From an uncultured Gemmatimonadaceae bacterium (GTDB lineage: Bacteria; Gemmatimonadota; Gemmatimonadetes; Gemmatimonadales; Gemmatimonadaceae): 64,000 bases of DNA. The stretch is taken from assembly GCA_963781585.1 (NCBI GenBank), contig CAWAGQ010000004.1, forward strand, positions 992,001 to 1,056,000. The letters are read 5' to 3'. The notes beneath the pieces are model-generated. The model searched no databases and was not told the origin of the DNA. It saw nothing but the letters and a program-made list of their open reading frames with translations. How positions within the stretch are numbered: the stretch's first letter is position 1; every line of letters starts with the position of its first letter. The position numbers and the translations under genes are program-made. Shown one piece after another: positions 18,618 through 28,943 of the stretch.

Positions 18618-19816
18618 GCGCGCTTGCGCTCCGGGTTGAAGAACGGCAGTGAGGTGACGACGGCGGGTGCGCGCTTGCGGTGGTGTTCCACCGTGATCTC
18701 GATCTCCAGCCGCATGCCGGGTGCAGCCTGATCTCGCTCGAGGTGTGCGAGTGCGATGTACCGTTTCAGCAGGGGCGACCAGCACCCACTGGTGGCGTAT
18801 CCAACCTGCGTTCCGTCGGCGCCTCCGTAGAGCGGAACGCTGGTGCGCCATGCCGTGGTGGGGAGCTTTGGCGGGAGCCCGACGTCCGCGTACAGCGACT
18901 CCAGGGCCTCCCAGTCCACGTCGACTCCCATGAGCTTCCACGCCGCCCCGCGCGCCCGTTCGGCCATCAGGGCCGAGCGACCTTCGAACGCCGGTTTGTC
19001 GAACGCCACGGTCCAGTCGAGGGAGAGCTCGAGCGGCGTCGACGTCTGCTGGTCGATTACCGCCTTGCGCGCCGACACGTAGTCGACGTCGAGGAGAATG
19101 AGCCCGGCTTCGGTACGAGCCACGTCGAGCGCCAGAATACCCGCCGGAACCAGGCCGTACGGTCCTCCCGCATCCACGACGGCGTCCCAGACGGGAATGG
19201 CGTGCTCCGCATCCATCCAGATCTCGTAGCCCAGGTCGCCGGTGTACCCTGTCCGCGTGATGTTGACGGGAACGCCGCGAATCAGCGCCGTCGTCAGGCG
19301 GAAGAACTTCACCGCGGTCAGATCGCTCTCGGCCGCGACTTCGAGAATCACCCGCGCGCTCGGGCCTTGCAGGGCGAGCGCCGCGATAGCGTCGGACACA
19401 TCATCCACGTTCACCTCGAGTCCGCGGGCATGGTCCCCGAGCCAGCGGTAGTTCGGATCGGCCGATGTCAGACGGAAGAAGTCCTCGCCCAGTCGTGACA
19501 CGGTGCCGTCATCGAGCACCTTGCCGGCGGGGTCGCACCACGGGGTGTACAGCACCTGCCCCACACGCGAGGCGCCTACATCGCGCGTGACTACGCGGTC
19601 GAGAAGCCGCGCGGCGTCGCGGCCGCGAACGTGGTACTTGTAGAGTGGCGAGATGTCGAACAGGGCCGCCGTGCTCCGCACGGCGTGATACTCGCGGTCG
19701 TGCTGGGGTTCGTACGAGCTCGCGACAAGGTACCCGGCCCACCGGCGCCAGTTGAGCGTACGGCAGAGCGGCGCGGTACGGGCGTGAAACGGCGTCCCGG
19801 GCAGCGACCAGGTCAC
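18614..19816 (-). CDS. Aminomethyltransferase (GcvT-like, THF-binding) family protein
   Basis: TPFHART, LFDISPL, GKVLDDG, LALQGP, TRTGYTGDLGYEIW, ARTEAG, GYATSG. Start set at GTG 19816. Confidence 0.92.
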   Translation of the reverse strand: MTWSLPGTPFHARTAPLCRTLNWRRWAGYLVASSYEPQHDREYHAVRSTAALFDISPLYKYHVRGRDAARLLDRVVTRDVGASRVGQVLYTPWCDPAGKVLDDGTVSRLGEDFFRLTSADPNYRWLGDHARGLEVNVDDVSDAIAALALQGPSARVILEVAAESDLTAVKFFRLTTALIRGVPVNITRTGYTGDLGYEIWMDAEHAIPVWDAVVDAGGPYGLVPAGILALDVARTEAGLILLDVDYVSARKAVIDQQTSTPLELSLDWTVAFDKPAFEGRSALMAERARGAAWKLMGVDVDWEALESLYADVGLPPKLPTTAWRTSVPLYGGADGTQVGYATSGCWSPLLKRYIALAHLERDQAAPGMRLEIEITVEHHRKRAPAVVTSLPFFNPERKRA

Positions 19817-19826
19817 GAAGGACGTC

Positions 19827-20459
19827 TCACGTGACCGAGAAGAGCTCCGGATGTCGCGGCACCACGCTTCCGAAGAAAGTCTTGAGCTGCACAAGATCGC
19901 CGGCCAAATCGCCCGTTGGCCAGTACGGCGCGCCGATCACCACCGCCTTGCGGCAGTAGTCCAGCCCGACTGGCACGATGGGCGCGTGCGCGCCACTTGC
20001 GAGATGCCAGAACCCCGAGCGCCACTCGCGCACTCGCTTGCGCGTGCCCTCCGGCGCCAGCGCGAGTGCGACCGCGTCCCGACGATCGAATTCCATGACC
20101 CATTGATCGATCACGTGATGTCGCCCTGACCGAACGACCGGAATCCCCCCCAACCATCGCAGCAACCAGCCGAGTGGCGCACGAAAGATCGTGTGCTTGC
20201 CGAACCATCGGGCGTCGAGGTCGATCGCCAGCGCCGCGAACAGCCCGACCAGAAAGTCCCAGTTCGACGTGTGCGGAGCCACGATGATCACCACCTTTGC
20301 CACATCGGGGAAGTTCCCCTCGACCCGCCAATCGAAGAGTGCCATTCCCAGCGCCCCGATCGCCCGCAACGTGCGACTCCCTCGTCGGGGGATCGACGGC
20401 GGAAGGACGGGAACGCGCGCCAGGCCGGTAGAGCGGAGATGGGGGTGGCAATTGTGCAA
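19827..20459 (-). CDS. Lysophospholipid acyltransferase family (PlsC-like)
   Basis: PHTSNWD (HxxxxD) and APEGTR motifs. True start uncertain. Confidence 0.88.
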   Translation of the reverse strand: MHNCHPHLRSTGLARVPVLPPSIPRRGSRTLRAIGALGMALFDWRVEGNFPDVAKVVIIVAPHTSNWDFLVGLFAALAIDLDARWFGKHTIFRAPLGWLLRWLGGIPVVRSGRHHVIDQWVMEFDRRDAVALALAPEGTRKRVREWRSGFWHLASGAHAPIVPVGLDYCRKAVVIGAPYWPTGDLAGDLVQLKTFFGSVVPRHPELFSVT

Positions 20460-20610
20460 GATGCGACCCAGAGAAGCCCACCGCCACTCCGCGCCTCTCG
20501 GTCCCTTCCAACATCCACCGCCGTCCGATACTGTCCGAATCCGGGCGCCCTATCTGGCTCGTACGTAGCTACCAGATGTTTGTAGGTCCTCTGCTTCCGT
20601 TGCAGCGACC

Positions 20611-22485
20611 GTGAATCTCTCGATCATGCCGGACCCCGCGGCGAAACACGCGATAGGCGACTACGGCATGATCGGCGACTGTCGCAGCGCCGCGCTGATT
20701 TCGCGCTACGGGAGCCTGGATTGGCTCTGCTGGCCGGCTTTTGACAGCCCGTCGCTCTTTGCCGCGCTGCTCGATCAGGAACGCGGCGGTCACTTTCGGG
20801 TGACGCCGCGCGGCGGCGTGCGCAGTGTGCGGCGACGCTACGTCGGCGACACCGCGGTTCTCGAAACCGAATTCCAGACCGACACCGGCCTTGCACGGGT
20901 GACGGATTTCATGCCCGTCGCCTCCACGGAGGAGCGGCGCAGGCTCCTGACGCCCGACTGCCACGTCCTGCGCGTCCTGGATGGTCTCGACGGTGAAGTC
21001 GAATTCGAGATCGAGTGTCGTCCCCGGCCCGACTTCGCCCGGGTGACACCGCGGCTGATCGATCGAGGCGCCCTCGGTTTCTTCTTCGAGCACGGCGCGC
21101 GCGTCACGATAGTGCGCGCTGACCTGCCGCTGGAGTCGAGCCCCGCGGACGCGGCCGTACGGGGTCGGGTGCGCCTCCGCGCGGGCGAGCGACGCGCGGT
21201 GGCACTCGCCCACAGTGACCGCGAGATCGCGGTGCTACCAGCGCTGGGCACCACGGTCGAGCTTCGGCTTCGACAATCGCTCGCGTGGTGGAATCGCTGG
21301 GCCGCCCGCTGCTCCTACGAGGGAAAGTGGCGCGAGACCGTGATGCGCAGCGCATTGACCCTCAAGCTGATGTGCTTTGCGCCCTCGGGCGCGGTGGTCG
21401 CGGCTCCGACGACGTCGCTGCCCGAGAAGCGTGGCGGTACGCGCAACTGGGACTATCGATACTGCTGGGTGCGCGACGCCTCGCTGACGATGCAGGCGCT
21501 GTTCGACCTCGGCTACTCCCAGGAGGCCGCCGCTTTCGTCTCCTGGCTGATTCACACCACCAAGATCACCAGGCCGGCGCTGCAGATTCTGTACGATGTC
21601 TACGGCGGGGCACATCTCCACGAGCAGGAGCTTGCGCACCTGCGCGGGTTCGACGGAGCGCGTCCGGTTCGCGTGGGGAACGCCGCGTACACCCAGTTGC
21701 AGCTCGATGTCTACGGGGAAGTGATCGACGCGGTGTACGAGTTCCAGAGCCGCGGTGGCGAACTCGACGCCGCGAGCCGCGCGATGCTGCGAGCCTGGGG
21801 CTCGATGGTGACCAGGCACTGGATGGAACCGGACGAAGGGATCTGGGAGGCCCGGGCGGGCCGTCGGCATCACACGCATTCCAAGGTCATGTGCTGGCTG
21901 GCGCTCACGCGCCTGCTGCAACTGGCTGACGCCGGTGAACTGAAGATCGACAGGGACCACTACCGGACCGTGCAGCGCGCCATCCGCGAGGCCGTGGACG
22001 CGCGCGGGTACAATACGGACTTGCAGTCCTACGTGAGCGAGCTTGATGGCGCCGAGGTGGATGCAAGCCTGCTGCTGCTGGCGCGCTTCGGCTACGAGGA
22101 CGCCGCCTCGGAGCGAATGGCCGGTACCTACCGGCTGATCGAACAGCGGCTCGGCCGCAACGGCCTGCTGTACCGGTACTGCTATCCGGACGGCCTTCCC
22201 CCGGGCGACGGCGCGTTCGGGATCTGCAGTTTCTGGCAGGTCGACTACCTGGCGCGCGCCGGCCGGCTCGACGACGCCCAGCGGCTGTTCGAGCAGTTGC
22301 TCGGGTTCGCCAATGATCTGGGTCTCTACGGCGAGGAGATCGATCCCGACGACGGCGAGGCGTTAGGCAATTTTCCCCAGGCCTTCACCCACGTCGGACT
22401 GATCGACGCCGCGCTCACCATCGAGGACCGCGGCGGTGGCAAGGCGCGCGGCAGCCGCCAACCCGGGACCAAAACGCTCCAGTGA
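20611..22485 (+). CDS. Glycoside hydrolase family 15 (trehalase/glucoamylase-like)
   Basis: DYGMIGDC, AAPTTSLPE, RNWDYRYCWVRD, DEGIWE, LYGEE, GNFPQAFTH. Start may be ATG 20626. Confidence 0.95.
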   Translation: MNLSIMPDPAAKHAIGDYGMIGDCRSAALISRYGSLDWLCWPAFDSPSLFAALLDQERGGHFRVTPRGGVRSVRRRYVGDTAVLETEFQTDTGLARVTDFMPVASTEERRRLLTPDCHVLRVLDGLDGEVEFEIECRPRPDFARVTPRLIDRGALGFFFEHGARVTIVRADLPLESSPADAAVRGRVRLRAGERRAVALAHSDREIAVLPALGTTVELRLRQSLAWWNRWAARCSYEGKWRETVMRSALTLKLMCFAPSGAVVAAPTTSLPEKRGGTRNWDYRYCWVRDASLTMQALFDLGYSQEAAAFVSWLIHTTKITRPALQILYDVYGGAHLHEQELAHLRGFDGARPVRVGNAAYTQLQLDVYGEVIDAVYEFQSRGGELDAASRAMLRAWGSMVTRHWMEPDEGIWEARAGRRHHTHSKVMCWLALTRLLQLADAGELKIDRDHYRTVQRAIREAVDARGYNTDLQSYVSELDGAEVDASLLLLARFGYEDAASERMAGTYRLIEQRLGRNGLLYRYCYPDGLPPGDGAFGICSFWQVDYLARAGRLDDAQRLFEQLLGFANDLGLYGEEIDPDDGEALGNFPQAFTHVGLIDAALTIEDRGGGKARGSRQPGTKTLQ

Positions 22486-22967
22486 ACCTCTCCAGCGCGC
22501 TCCTCTGGGGCCTCGTCGCCACGCTCGTGTTCACCTCGATGATGTCGGCAAGTCAGGCGCTGGGGATCTCGCGCATCGGCATCCCGAGCATGCTCGGCAC
22601 GATGTTTACGGCCGATCGCGATCGGGCCCCGATCGTAGGGTTTGGGGCACACTCGGTCCTTGGGCTCGTGTTCGCTCTGCTGTACGGGGCAATCTTCGAC
22701 AGCCTCGGCCGATCGGGTTGGGCGCTGGGAGCCCTCATGGGCCTGGCGCACGGGTTCGTGATGCTGATCGTCTTCATCCCCATGCTCCCCGGAATCCACC
22801 CACGCATGGCGAGTGAACACGACGGCCCGGACCCCACCCGTGCGCTCGAGCCACCCGGGTTTCTCGCGTTGAACTACGGCAGAACTACGCCCCTGATCGT
22901 GCTGCTCTCGCACGTCGTCTACGGGATCATCCTGGGGGCCTTCTACCACGTCGGCGCGAGCCCATAG
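22482..22967 (+). CDS. Hypothetical four-TM membrane protein coupled to GH15
   Basis: GTGA overlap with the GH15 stop, four hydrophobic helices each near a His, IHPRMASE...PPGFLALNYG loop. Confidence 0.8.
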   Translation: MNLSSALLWGLVATLVFTSMMSASQALGISRIGIPSMLGTMFTADRDRAPIVGFGAHSVLGLVFALLYGAIFDSLGRSGWALGALMGLAHGFVMLIVFIPMLPGIHPRMASEHDGPDPTRALEPPGFLALNYGRTTPLIVLLSHVVYGIILGAFYHVGASP

Positions 22968-22979
22968 GACCGGAGTGCC

Positions 22980-24389
22980 CTAGCGCGGAAGGCGCTCGGG
23001 CATGTCCGCCACCACATACGCCACCACGGCCATCGTTGCCACGCACAGGGCCATCTCCGCCGGATCGAGTTTGTCCACGGTGTCGGCCTCGCTGTGGTGA
23101 TACCAGAAGTACCTGGTGCCGTCGGTGGTGAGTCCCATTCCGGGAACGCCGCGTTGCATGATCGGTCCGATGTCCGCGCCTCCGCCGCCTCGGCTGACGG
23201 TTCCGGCCCCGATGCCACCGAGCAGCGCGGTGATGCGCGACATGATCGCAAAAGCCGAATCGCTTCCCGTGAATCCGAAGCCCAGGGGCTTGAACACCCC
23301 GTCATCGCTCTCGATTGCCAGCACGTGCGCGTCGAGGGCAGCCGCGTGCGCATCGCGATAGGCGTTCCCGCCCCGGGTACCGTTCTCCTCGTTGGTCCAC
23401 GCCACGACCCGGATCGTCCGCCGCGGCCGCAGCCCCAGCTCCTTGAGGAGCCGCAGGGCCTCCCACGCCACCACCACACCTCCGCCATCGTCCATCGCGC
23501 CCCGTCCCACATCCCATGAGTCGATGTGTCCCCCCATCACCACCACCTCGTCAGGCAGTGCCGACCCGCGGAGCTCACCCACGACGTTCCGCGAAGGTGC
23601 GTCAGGAAGTGTCTGCGCGCTCATGGTGAGTTTCACCACCACGCGCTGACCGCGCTCGATCATACGCTGAATCATGTCGGCGTCTTCGGTGGTGATGGCC
23701 GCGTGAGGGATCCGGCGGCCCGTGGAGTCGTAGTACATCACGCCCGTGTGCGGTGTGCGCTGCGAATAGGGCGTGACCGACCGGATCAGCGAAGCCACCG
23801 CACCAGCCTTCGCGGCTTCGATCGCGCCATTGGTGCGGTACTGAACGGTCTCGCCGTAGTTGGTGAATGGCACGTTGAACAGCACGATCCGGCCCCTGGC
23901 CTGATCCGCCCGGCGATGCAATTCGTCGAAGCTGCCGACGACCATCACGTCGGCGGTGATACCGCCTGACGGCGTGGCGATGCTTCCGCCGAGGCCCAAC
24001 ATGGGCAGGTTCTGGTCGCGCGGCTGCAGAAGGCGGGCCGACTCGGCTCCGCGCACCCAGTGGGGGACCATCGCCGCCTCACCGTGCACGTTCTCCAGCC
24101 CGTCCTTTCGCATTTCCGCGAGCACCCAGTCGATCGCCCGCTCAAGCTGCGACGACCCGCTGAGGCGATTGCCGAACGCCTCCGTGAGAACGGCCAGCCG
24201 GTTCCACGCAGCGCTGTCGCTGCGTGCCCGCGCAATGATGCGGTTCGCGGCGTCGCGATAGCGATCAGCTACGTCCTGCGCGTGGAGGCGAGCTGGACCG
24301 ATTGACGCGATCAGCGCCGCCAGCACGAAGGAGCGGGCGACCACGCGCTTCGCGCACGTCGCGCCAGCACGTCGAGACACGGGAGCCAT
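22980..24389 (-). CDS. M28 family metallopeptidase (carboxypeptidase Q-like)
   Basis: GGHIDSWDVG, AMDDGGG, NEENG, ESD, YFWYHHSEADT; signal peptide. Start uncertain. Confidence 0.92.
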   Translation of the reverse strand: MAPVSRRAGATCAKRVVARSFVLAALIASIGPARLHAQDVADRYRDAANRIIARARSDSAAWNRLAVLTEAFGNRLSGSSQLERAIDWVLAEMRKDGLENVHGEAAMVPHWVRGAESARLLQPRDQNLPMLGLGGSIATPSGGITADVMVVGSFDELHRRADQARGRIVLFNVPFTNYGETVQYRTNGAIEAAKAGAVASLIRSVTPYSQRTPHTGVMYYDSTGRRIPHAAITTEDADMIQRMIERGQRVVVKLTMSAQTLPDAPSRNVVGELRGSALPDEVVVMGGHIDSWDVGRGAMDDGGGVVVAWEALRLLKELGLRPRRTIRVVAWTNEENGTRGGNAYRDAHAAALDAHVLAIESDDGVFKPLGFGFTGSDSAFAIMSRITALLGGIGAGTVSRGGGGADIGPIMQRGVPGMGLTTDGTRYFWYHHSEADTVDKLDPAEMALCVATMAVVAYVVADMPERLPR

Positions 24390-24479
24390 GGCAGGGCGGG
24401 TGAAGGCTGACCGGCAGATGTAGCGGTCTGCCGAATCTAGCCGAACCCGCACCCGCCGGGCATCCCGCGGGCGCGTGAC

Positions 24480-24947
24480 CTAGAACGTCACGCCGAGCAC
24501 CGTGACCGTTCGTCCGATCGCGTCGTGGCGCCGCACTTCGCCAAACACGCCGAAGCGGCCGACACCCGCGCGCACACCCGCGCCGAAATCCCACCCGGTC
24601 ACCTTCTGGCCGGGGGCATTGGCGTAGCGCCCGCGTCCGAGGAGGGCATATGGCTGCACGACAGGCAGCCGCATCTGGACCACGCCGTTGACCGAATAGG
24701 AAATGGCGTCCGTGTCGAACTTGGATCCAAACAACATCGCATCGGCGCGGACGGCAACCGGAATTACCGGAAGCCCGAGTTGCACGCCGAGCTGCTTTGC
24801 GTCCTTGCCGAACGTCACGCTCCCATCCTGCGACGCCCCACCCGCGCCGGCCCAGATGGTCAGGCCGGTCTGCGCCGAGGCCGGCGCCGTCGCAACAAGG
24901 AAGCCGACGGTCGCCCCAAGAAGGTACCGCATTGCTGTAGGCATCAT
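24480..24947 (-). CDS. Hypothetical small outer-membrane beta-barrel-like protein
   Basis: Signal peptide (ASA-Q), alternating beta-strand pattern, C-terminal ...VLGVTF beta-signal, GAGG RBS (start 24947 or 24944). Confidence 0.7.
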   Translation of the reverse strand: MMPTAMRYLLGATVGFLVATAPASAQTGLTIWAGAGGASQDGSVTFGKDAKQLGVQLGLPVIPVAVRADAMLFGSKFDTDAISYSVNGVVQMRLPVVQPYALLGRGRYANAPGQKVTGWDFGAGVRAGVGRFGVFGEVRRHDAIGRTVTVLGVTF

Positions 24948-24951
24948 GTCC

Positions 24952-26145
24952 TCACCGGTTGCCAACGTTGTATTTCGCGAGGATTTCACGCACGCGATCG
25001 AGCGGAAGCGCCTGCACCGTCCGGCCGCGGCTGGTGACGGTCGTGGCCATGAACAGCGAGTTGTAGATCGCTTCCTCGGTTGCTTCCACCACGCCCTCGA
25101 ACAACCCCGACATGTCGTCGTTCGACAGATCCTCGAGCTGCCGCCGCAACGGACCGGACGCGGTACGCGTCTGCGCCGGGCGTCGTCGCACCGACTCGGC
25201 TGTCGAAAAGGCGATGACGTAGTCGCCCGATCCGTTCGAGGCCGACGACCCGGTGCGTGCGAGTCCCATGAGGGCCCGCGCCCCCAGACGATCGAGGTTT
25301 CGATCCGAGAGCGGCGCATCGGTGGCCACGACGATCATGATCGATCCGTCTCCGTGGTCGCGCTCCGACTGGTTCCTGAAGGCATACTGTCCGAGCTCCT
25401 TGCCGACGGGCGCTCCCAGCACCTGGAGGATTCCGCCGAAGTTGGTCTGCACCAGCACCCCTACCGTGTATCCGCCTAACGATGCCGGCAGGATGCGGGA
25501 CGAGGTCCCGATGCCGCCTTTCCATCCGAACGCCACCGTGCCCGCCCCCGCCCCGACCGCCCCTTCCGCCACCGGTCCGTTGCTGGCGGACTCGAGCGCC
25601 TGACGGACGTGCTCGGGGCGGATTGGCCGTGACCGAATGGCATTGAGCTGCCCGTCGTTGGTTTCTCCGACCACCGGGTTGATCGACTGCACGCTCTGCA
25701 TCCCCGGCTGGTCCAGTAGCCAGGCCACCATCGCGTCGGCTGCCTGCCACACGCACAGGGTACACGTGAGCAGGATGGGCGTTTCCAGTTCCCCCAGCTC
25801 GGTGACCTGCGTCACGCCGAGCAACTTGCCGAACGCGTTGCCGACGTGAACCGCAGCCGGCACCCGATCGAAGAACAGGTTGCCCTCGTGGGGCAGGACG
25901 GCGGTCACGCCGGTGTGCACCGAGTCGCCCTCAATGACCGTGGCGTGTCCAACGCGCACGCCGGCCACGTCGGTGATAGCGTTGTTCGCCCCCGGTTTGA
26001 ATACGCCCGGGGCGACGCCCAGGTCACGGGCGCGCACGCGCGCGGAGCTGGAAGGGACGGACTGCGCGGTGACCGCGCCGGGATGAAGCATCGACAGGAG
26101 GGCGGTCGCGAGCGCCGCACCGCCCAGAGGGCACAGGTATCGCAT
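24952..26145 (-). CDS. P1/S58 family peptidase (DmpA-like aminopeptidase)
   Basis: NAITDVAGVRVGH, PVVGETND, GAVGAGAG, KGGIGTSSR, DG/SIMIV autocleavage site, GSGDY. Confidence 0.93.
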   Translation of the reverse strand: MRYLCPLGGAALATALLSMLHPGAVTAQSVPSSSARVRARDLGVAPGVFKPGANNAITDVAGVRVGHATVIEGDSVHTGVTAVLPHEGNLFFDRVPAAVHVGNAFGKLLGVTQVTELGELETPILLTCTLCVWQAADAMVAWLLDQPGMQSVQSINPVVGETNDGQLNAIRSRPIRPEHVRQALESASNGPVAEGAVGAGAGTVAFGWKGGIGTSSRILPASLGGYTVGVLVQTNFGGILQVLGAPVGKELGQYAFRNQSERDHGDGSIMIVVATDAPLSDRNLDRLGARALMGLARTGSSASNGSGDYVIAFSTAESVRRRPAQTRTASGPLRRQLEDLSNDDMSGLFEGVVEATEEAIYNSLFMATTVTSRGRTVQALPLDRVREILAKYNVGNR

Positions 26146-26223
26146 GGACCATCCGCGGCATCGGTTGCCCGCGATATAGTGGACGCCCCGGCGACGGCGC
26201 AAGCCGCGACCGGTCACTGCCGC

Positions 26224-28726
26224 TCAGGTCCGACGGAGTGCAGCCGCCGGTTCCACGCGGGCGGTGCGCCGCGCCGGGAGGTAGCAGGCCACCAGGGCAA
26301 CCGACGTGAACAGCGTCGCCACCGATGAATAGGTCAGGACGTCCACCGGCGTCACGCCCCACAGCAGCCTGGTCAACACCCGGGTCAGCGCGGCGGCCAA
26401 GACCAATCCGGTTCCCACGCCCCACAGCACCAGGCGCGCTCCATCGCGAACTACGAGTGCGACGATAGTCGACGCGTGCGCCCCGAGTGCCATGCGGATC
26501 GCGAGTTCCCGCGAGCGGCGCGCGACGGCATAGGCGCATACTCCGTAGATGCCGATCAGGGCCAGGACGAGCGCGCAGAGGGCGAATGAACCTACCACGC
26601 CTCCGAGCATCCGGACGAGGGAGAGTCCATCCTGTCGTTCCGTCGCCAGCAGGCGGACCCCCGCCGGCGCGAGCTCGGGGTCGACCGAGTGCAGCGCGTC
26701 GACCACCCGAGCCGCAACCGCGTCTGGATCGCCGGCAGGTCCGCACCAGCACGCCGGTATTCCACGCCGTGGCCTGTCGCTCGGAGAGGTACAGGTCCGG
26801 ATCGGGATCGGCGTTCACGATCCCCATGCGGCTGGACAGGCGGCGGACATCGCGCACGACGCCGACCACCGTGAGCGGTGTCCCTAACGCGCCGATCTGC
26901 ACCTGCTGGCCAAGCGGAGACGCGCCGCCCCACACCAGCCGCGCGAGGCGTGCGCTGACCATGACGACTGGTTCGCTCTCGGCACGATCGCCGCGATCAA
27001 AGCTCCGCCCCTGCGTCACCCCCATCCCCATCACGCGAAAGTACTCGTCCGACACCACCAGGAACTGCGGCGACGGCTGAACGCCCGCCGCAACGCTCCG
27101 CGTCACGTCGGCTGGAAGGAAGAGGCGACGGTCCGGCGTGTTCGGTAAGGCACCGGTGCTGTCGGTCCCACGATTGCGCCGCGCGCCGCGCTCGAGGTTC
27201 GTGGAGTCCGCGATGAGCTCATTCAACCCACCCTCGCGCGCCACACCCTGGATTCCCGGTGTGGCCTCGAGCCGCGCGGCGAGCTGCTCCTCAAAGGTCT
27301 GGCGCTGGTTCGCACCGGCGTACCCGGTGGAATCCAGGTTGACGGAGAGCCGGAGGACACGCTCGGGGTGATAGCCCGGGTCGAGCGCCGTCACGTTGTG
27401 GTAGGTACGCGCGAGCAGCGCCGCACCGACAGAGAGCACGATGGTGAGCGCCAGTTCCGCCACGATGACGCTGCGGCCACGGCGGGTGCCGCGCCCGGCG
27501 GTCGCCGACAGATCCCCGCTCTCCTTGAGGGTGTCCGTGAGATCCACTCTGGTGGCCACCAGCGCCGGCAACAGGCCGACGCCCGCCACCGTGAGGAGAG
27601 CGATGGTGAAGGTGAAGGCCAGGACGCGCCAGTCGATCCCCAGCCGGATCCACGATGGAAGATTCCCGTGCGGTACCACGATCCCGACCAGGTGCACCCC
27701 CCAGTCAGCCAGCAGCGCGCCGAGCGCACCGGCGAGGAGAGCCAACAGCAGACTCTCGGTGAGATTCTGGCGAATCAGCCGCGCGCGAGAGGCCCCCAGC
27801 GATGCGCGAATCGCCATCTCCGCACGACGTTCTTCGGCACGCGCGAGAAGCAGGTTGGCCACGTTGGAGCAGGCCACGAGCAGCACCACGAGAGCGGCTC
27901 CGATCACCAACGCAGCGAACGATCCCCACGCTCGGGCTCCACGGTCCACCATGCCGTCCCGCACCGCGAGGGACCAGCCACCATAGTCGGCTGGTCTTGC
28001 GGCCGCGAGCTGCTGTCCAACCAGTCGTATTTCTTCGCGGGCACGGCTCAGCGTAGCGCCGGCGGCCAACCTTGCGATCGCCGAGTAGTTGCGATCGACC
28101 TCGCCAACATTCGATGTGGCAGGTGGAGCCAGCGGAAGCCAGACGTCCGAACGCTCGTCGAACCGAAAACCCGGTGGCATCACCCCCACGATCCGGCGGA
28201 TGCTTCCATTCACCGTGAGGCTCTGTCCTATGACATCGGCGCGCGCCGCGTAGTACTGTCGCCACAGCGAATCGCCGATGAGAACGATGGGCTCGCGATT
28301 GGTAATCTCCTGTGGCGTGAACGGGCGTCCTACGGCCGGCGCCGTCCGCAGCACGGCCAGGAGGTCCCCATCGATCTCCGTACCGGTGACCCCGATCGCC
28401 TGGCCGCCGACCGACAACCGGGAATACGTCTCCCTGAAGACCGCGACGCGTTCGAACGCCGTAACGCTCTGCCGTACGGCCTCGATGCCCGATAGAGAGA
28501 CGCGGCTGAAGGCAATGTAGGCCCGCGGATTCGTCTCGCTCAGCGCCACGATTCTTCGCGAATCCGCATATGGGAGCGGGCGAAGGAGCGCACTGTTCAC
28601 GAAACTGAAGAAGGTGGTCACCACGCCGATTCCCACGGCAAGCGTGGCCACGGTGGTTGCCGCAACGCCCGGACGCGCCACAATCCCGCGCAGTGCGACG
28701 CGAATATCATGACGGGTGGCGTCCAT
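26224..28726 (-). pseudogene. Duplicated orphan ABC permease (ADOP-like) with a one-base frameshift near 26737-26739
   Basis: The N-terminal frame reads as permease up to ...TGVLVRT. The C-terminal FtsX part (RSRELAIRMALGA...RRTARVEPAAALR) is in another frame. Removing one base from CGG ACC T GCC GGC GAT CCA restores VRTAGDPDAVAARVVDAL and an 833-aa ORF. Could be a sequencing error. Confidence 0.85.
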
Positions 28727-28943
28727 CTGGCCTCCTCGGCGAAGCGGACTCCATGATCATAGCGCCCGTCTCCGGACGCGGGCGAGGTAGGCCATGCTCG
28801 CACTGGTCCGCCGGGAATCGACCCGCGAGACGACCAGGTCGTCGCGTGGCGAATTGGTGGTGGCTCGGGCTCTCCGATGGCCGATCACAGGTCCCAACGG
28901 TGCGCGCATGGTCCGGGTCCCACTGCCCCATTAGCGTTCGCGG

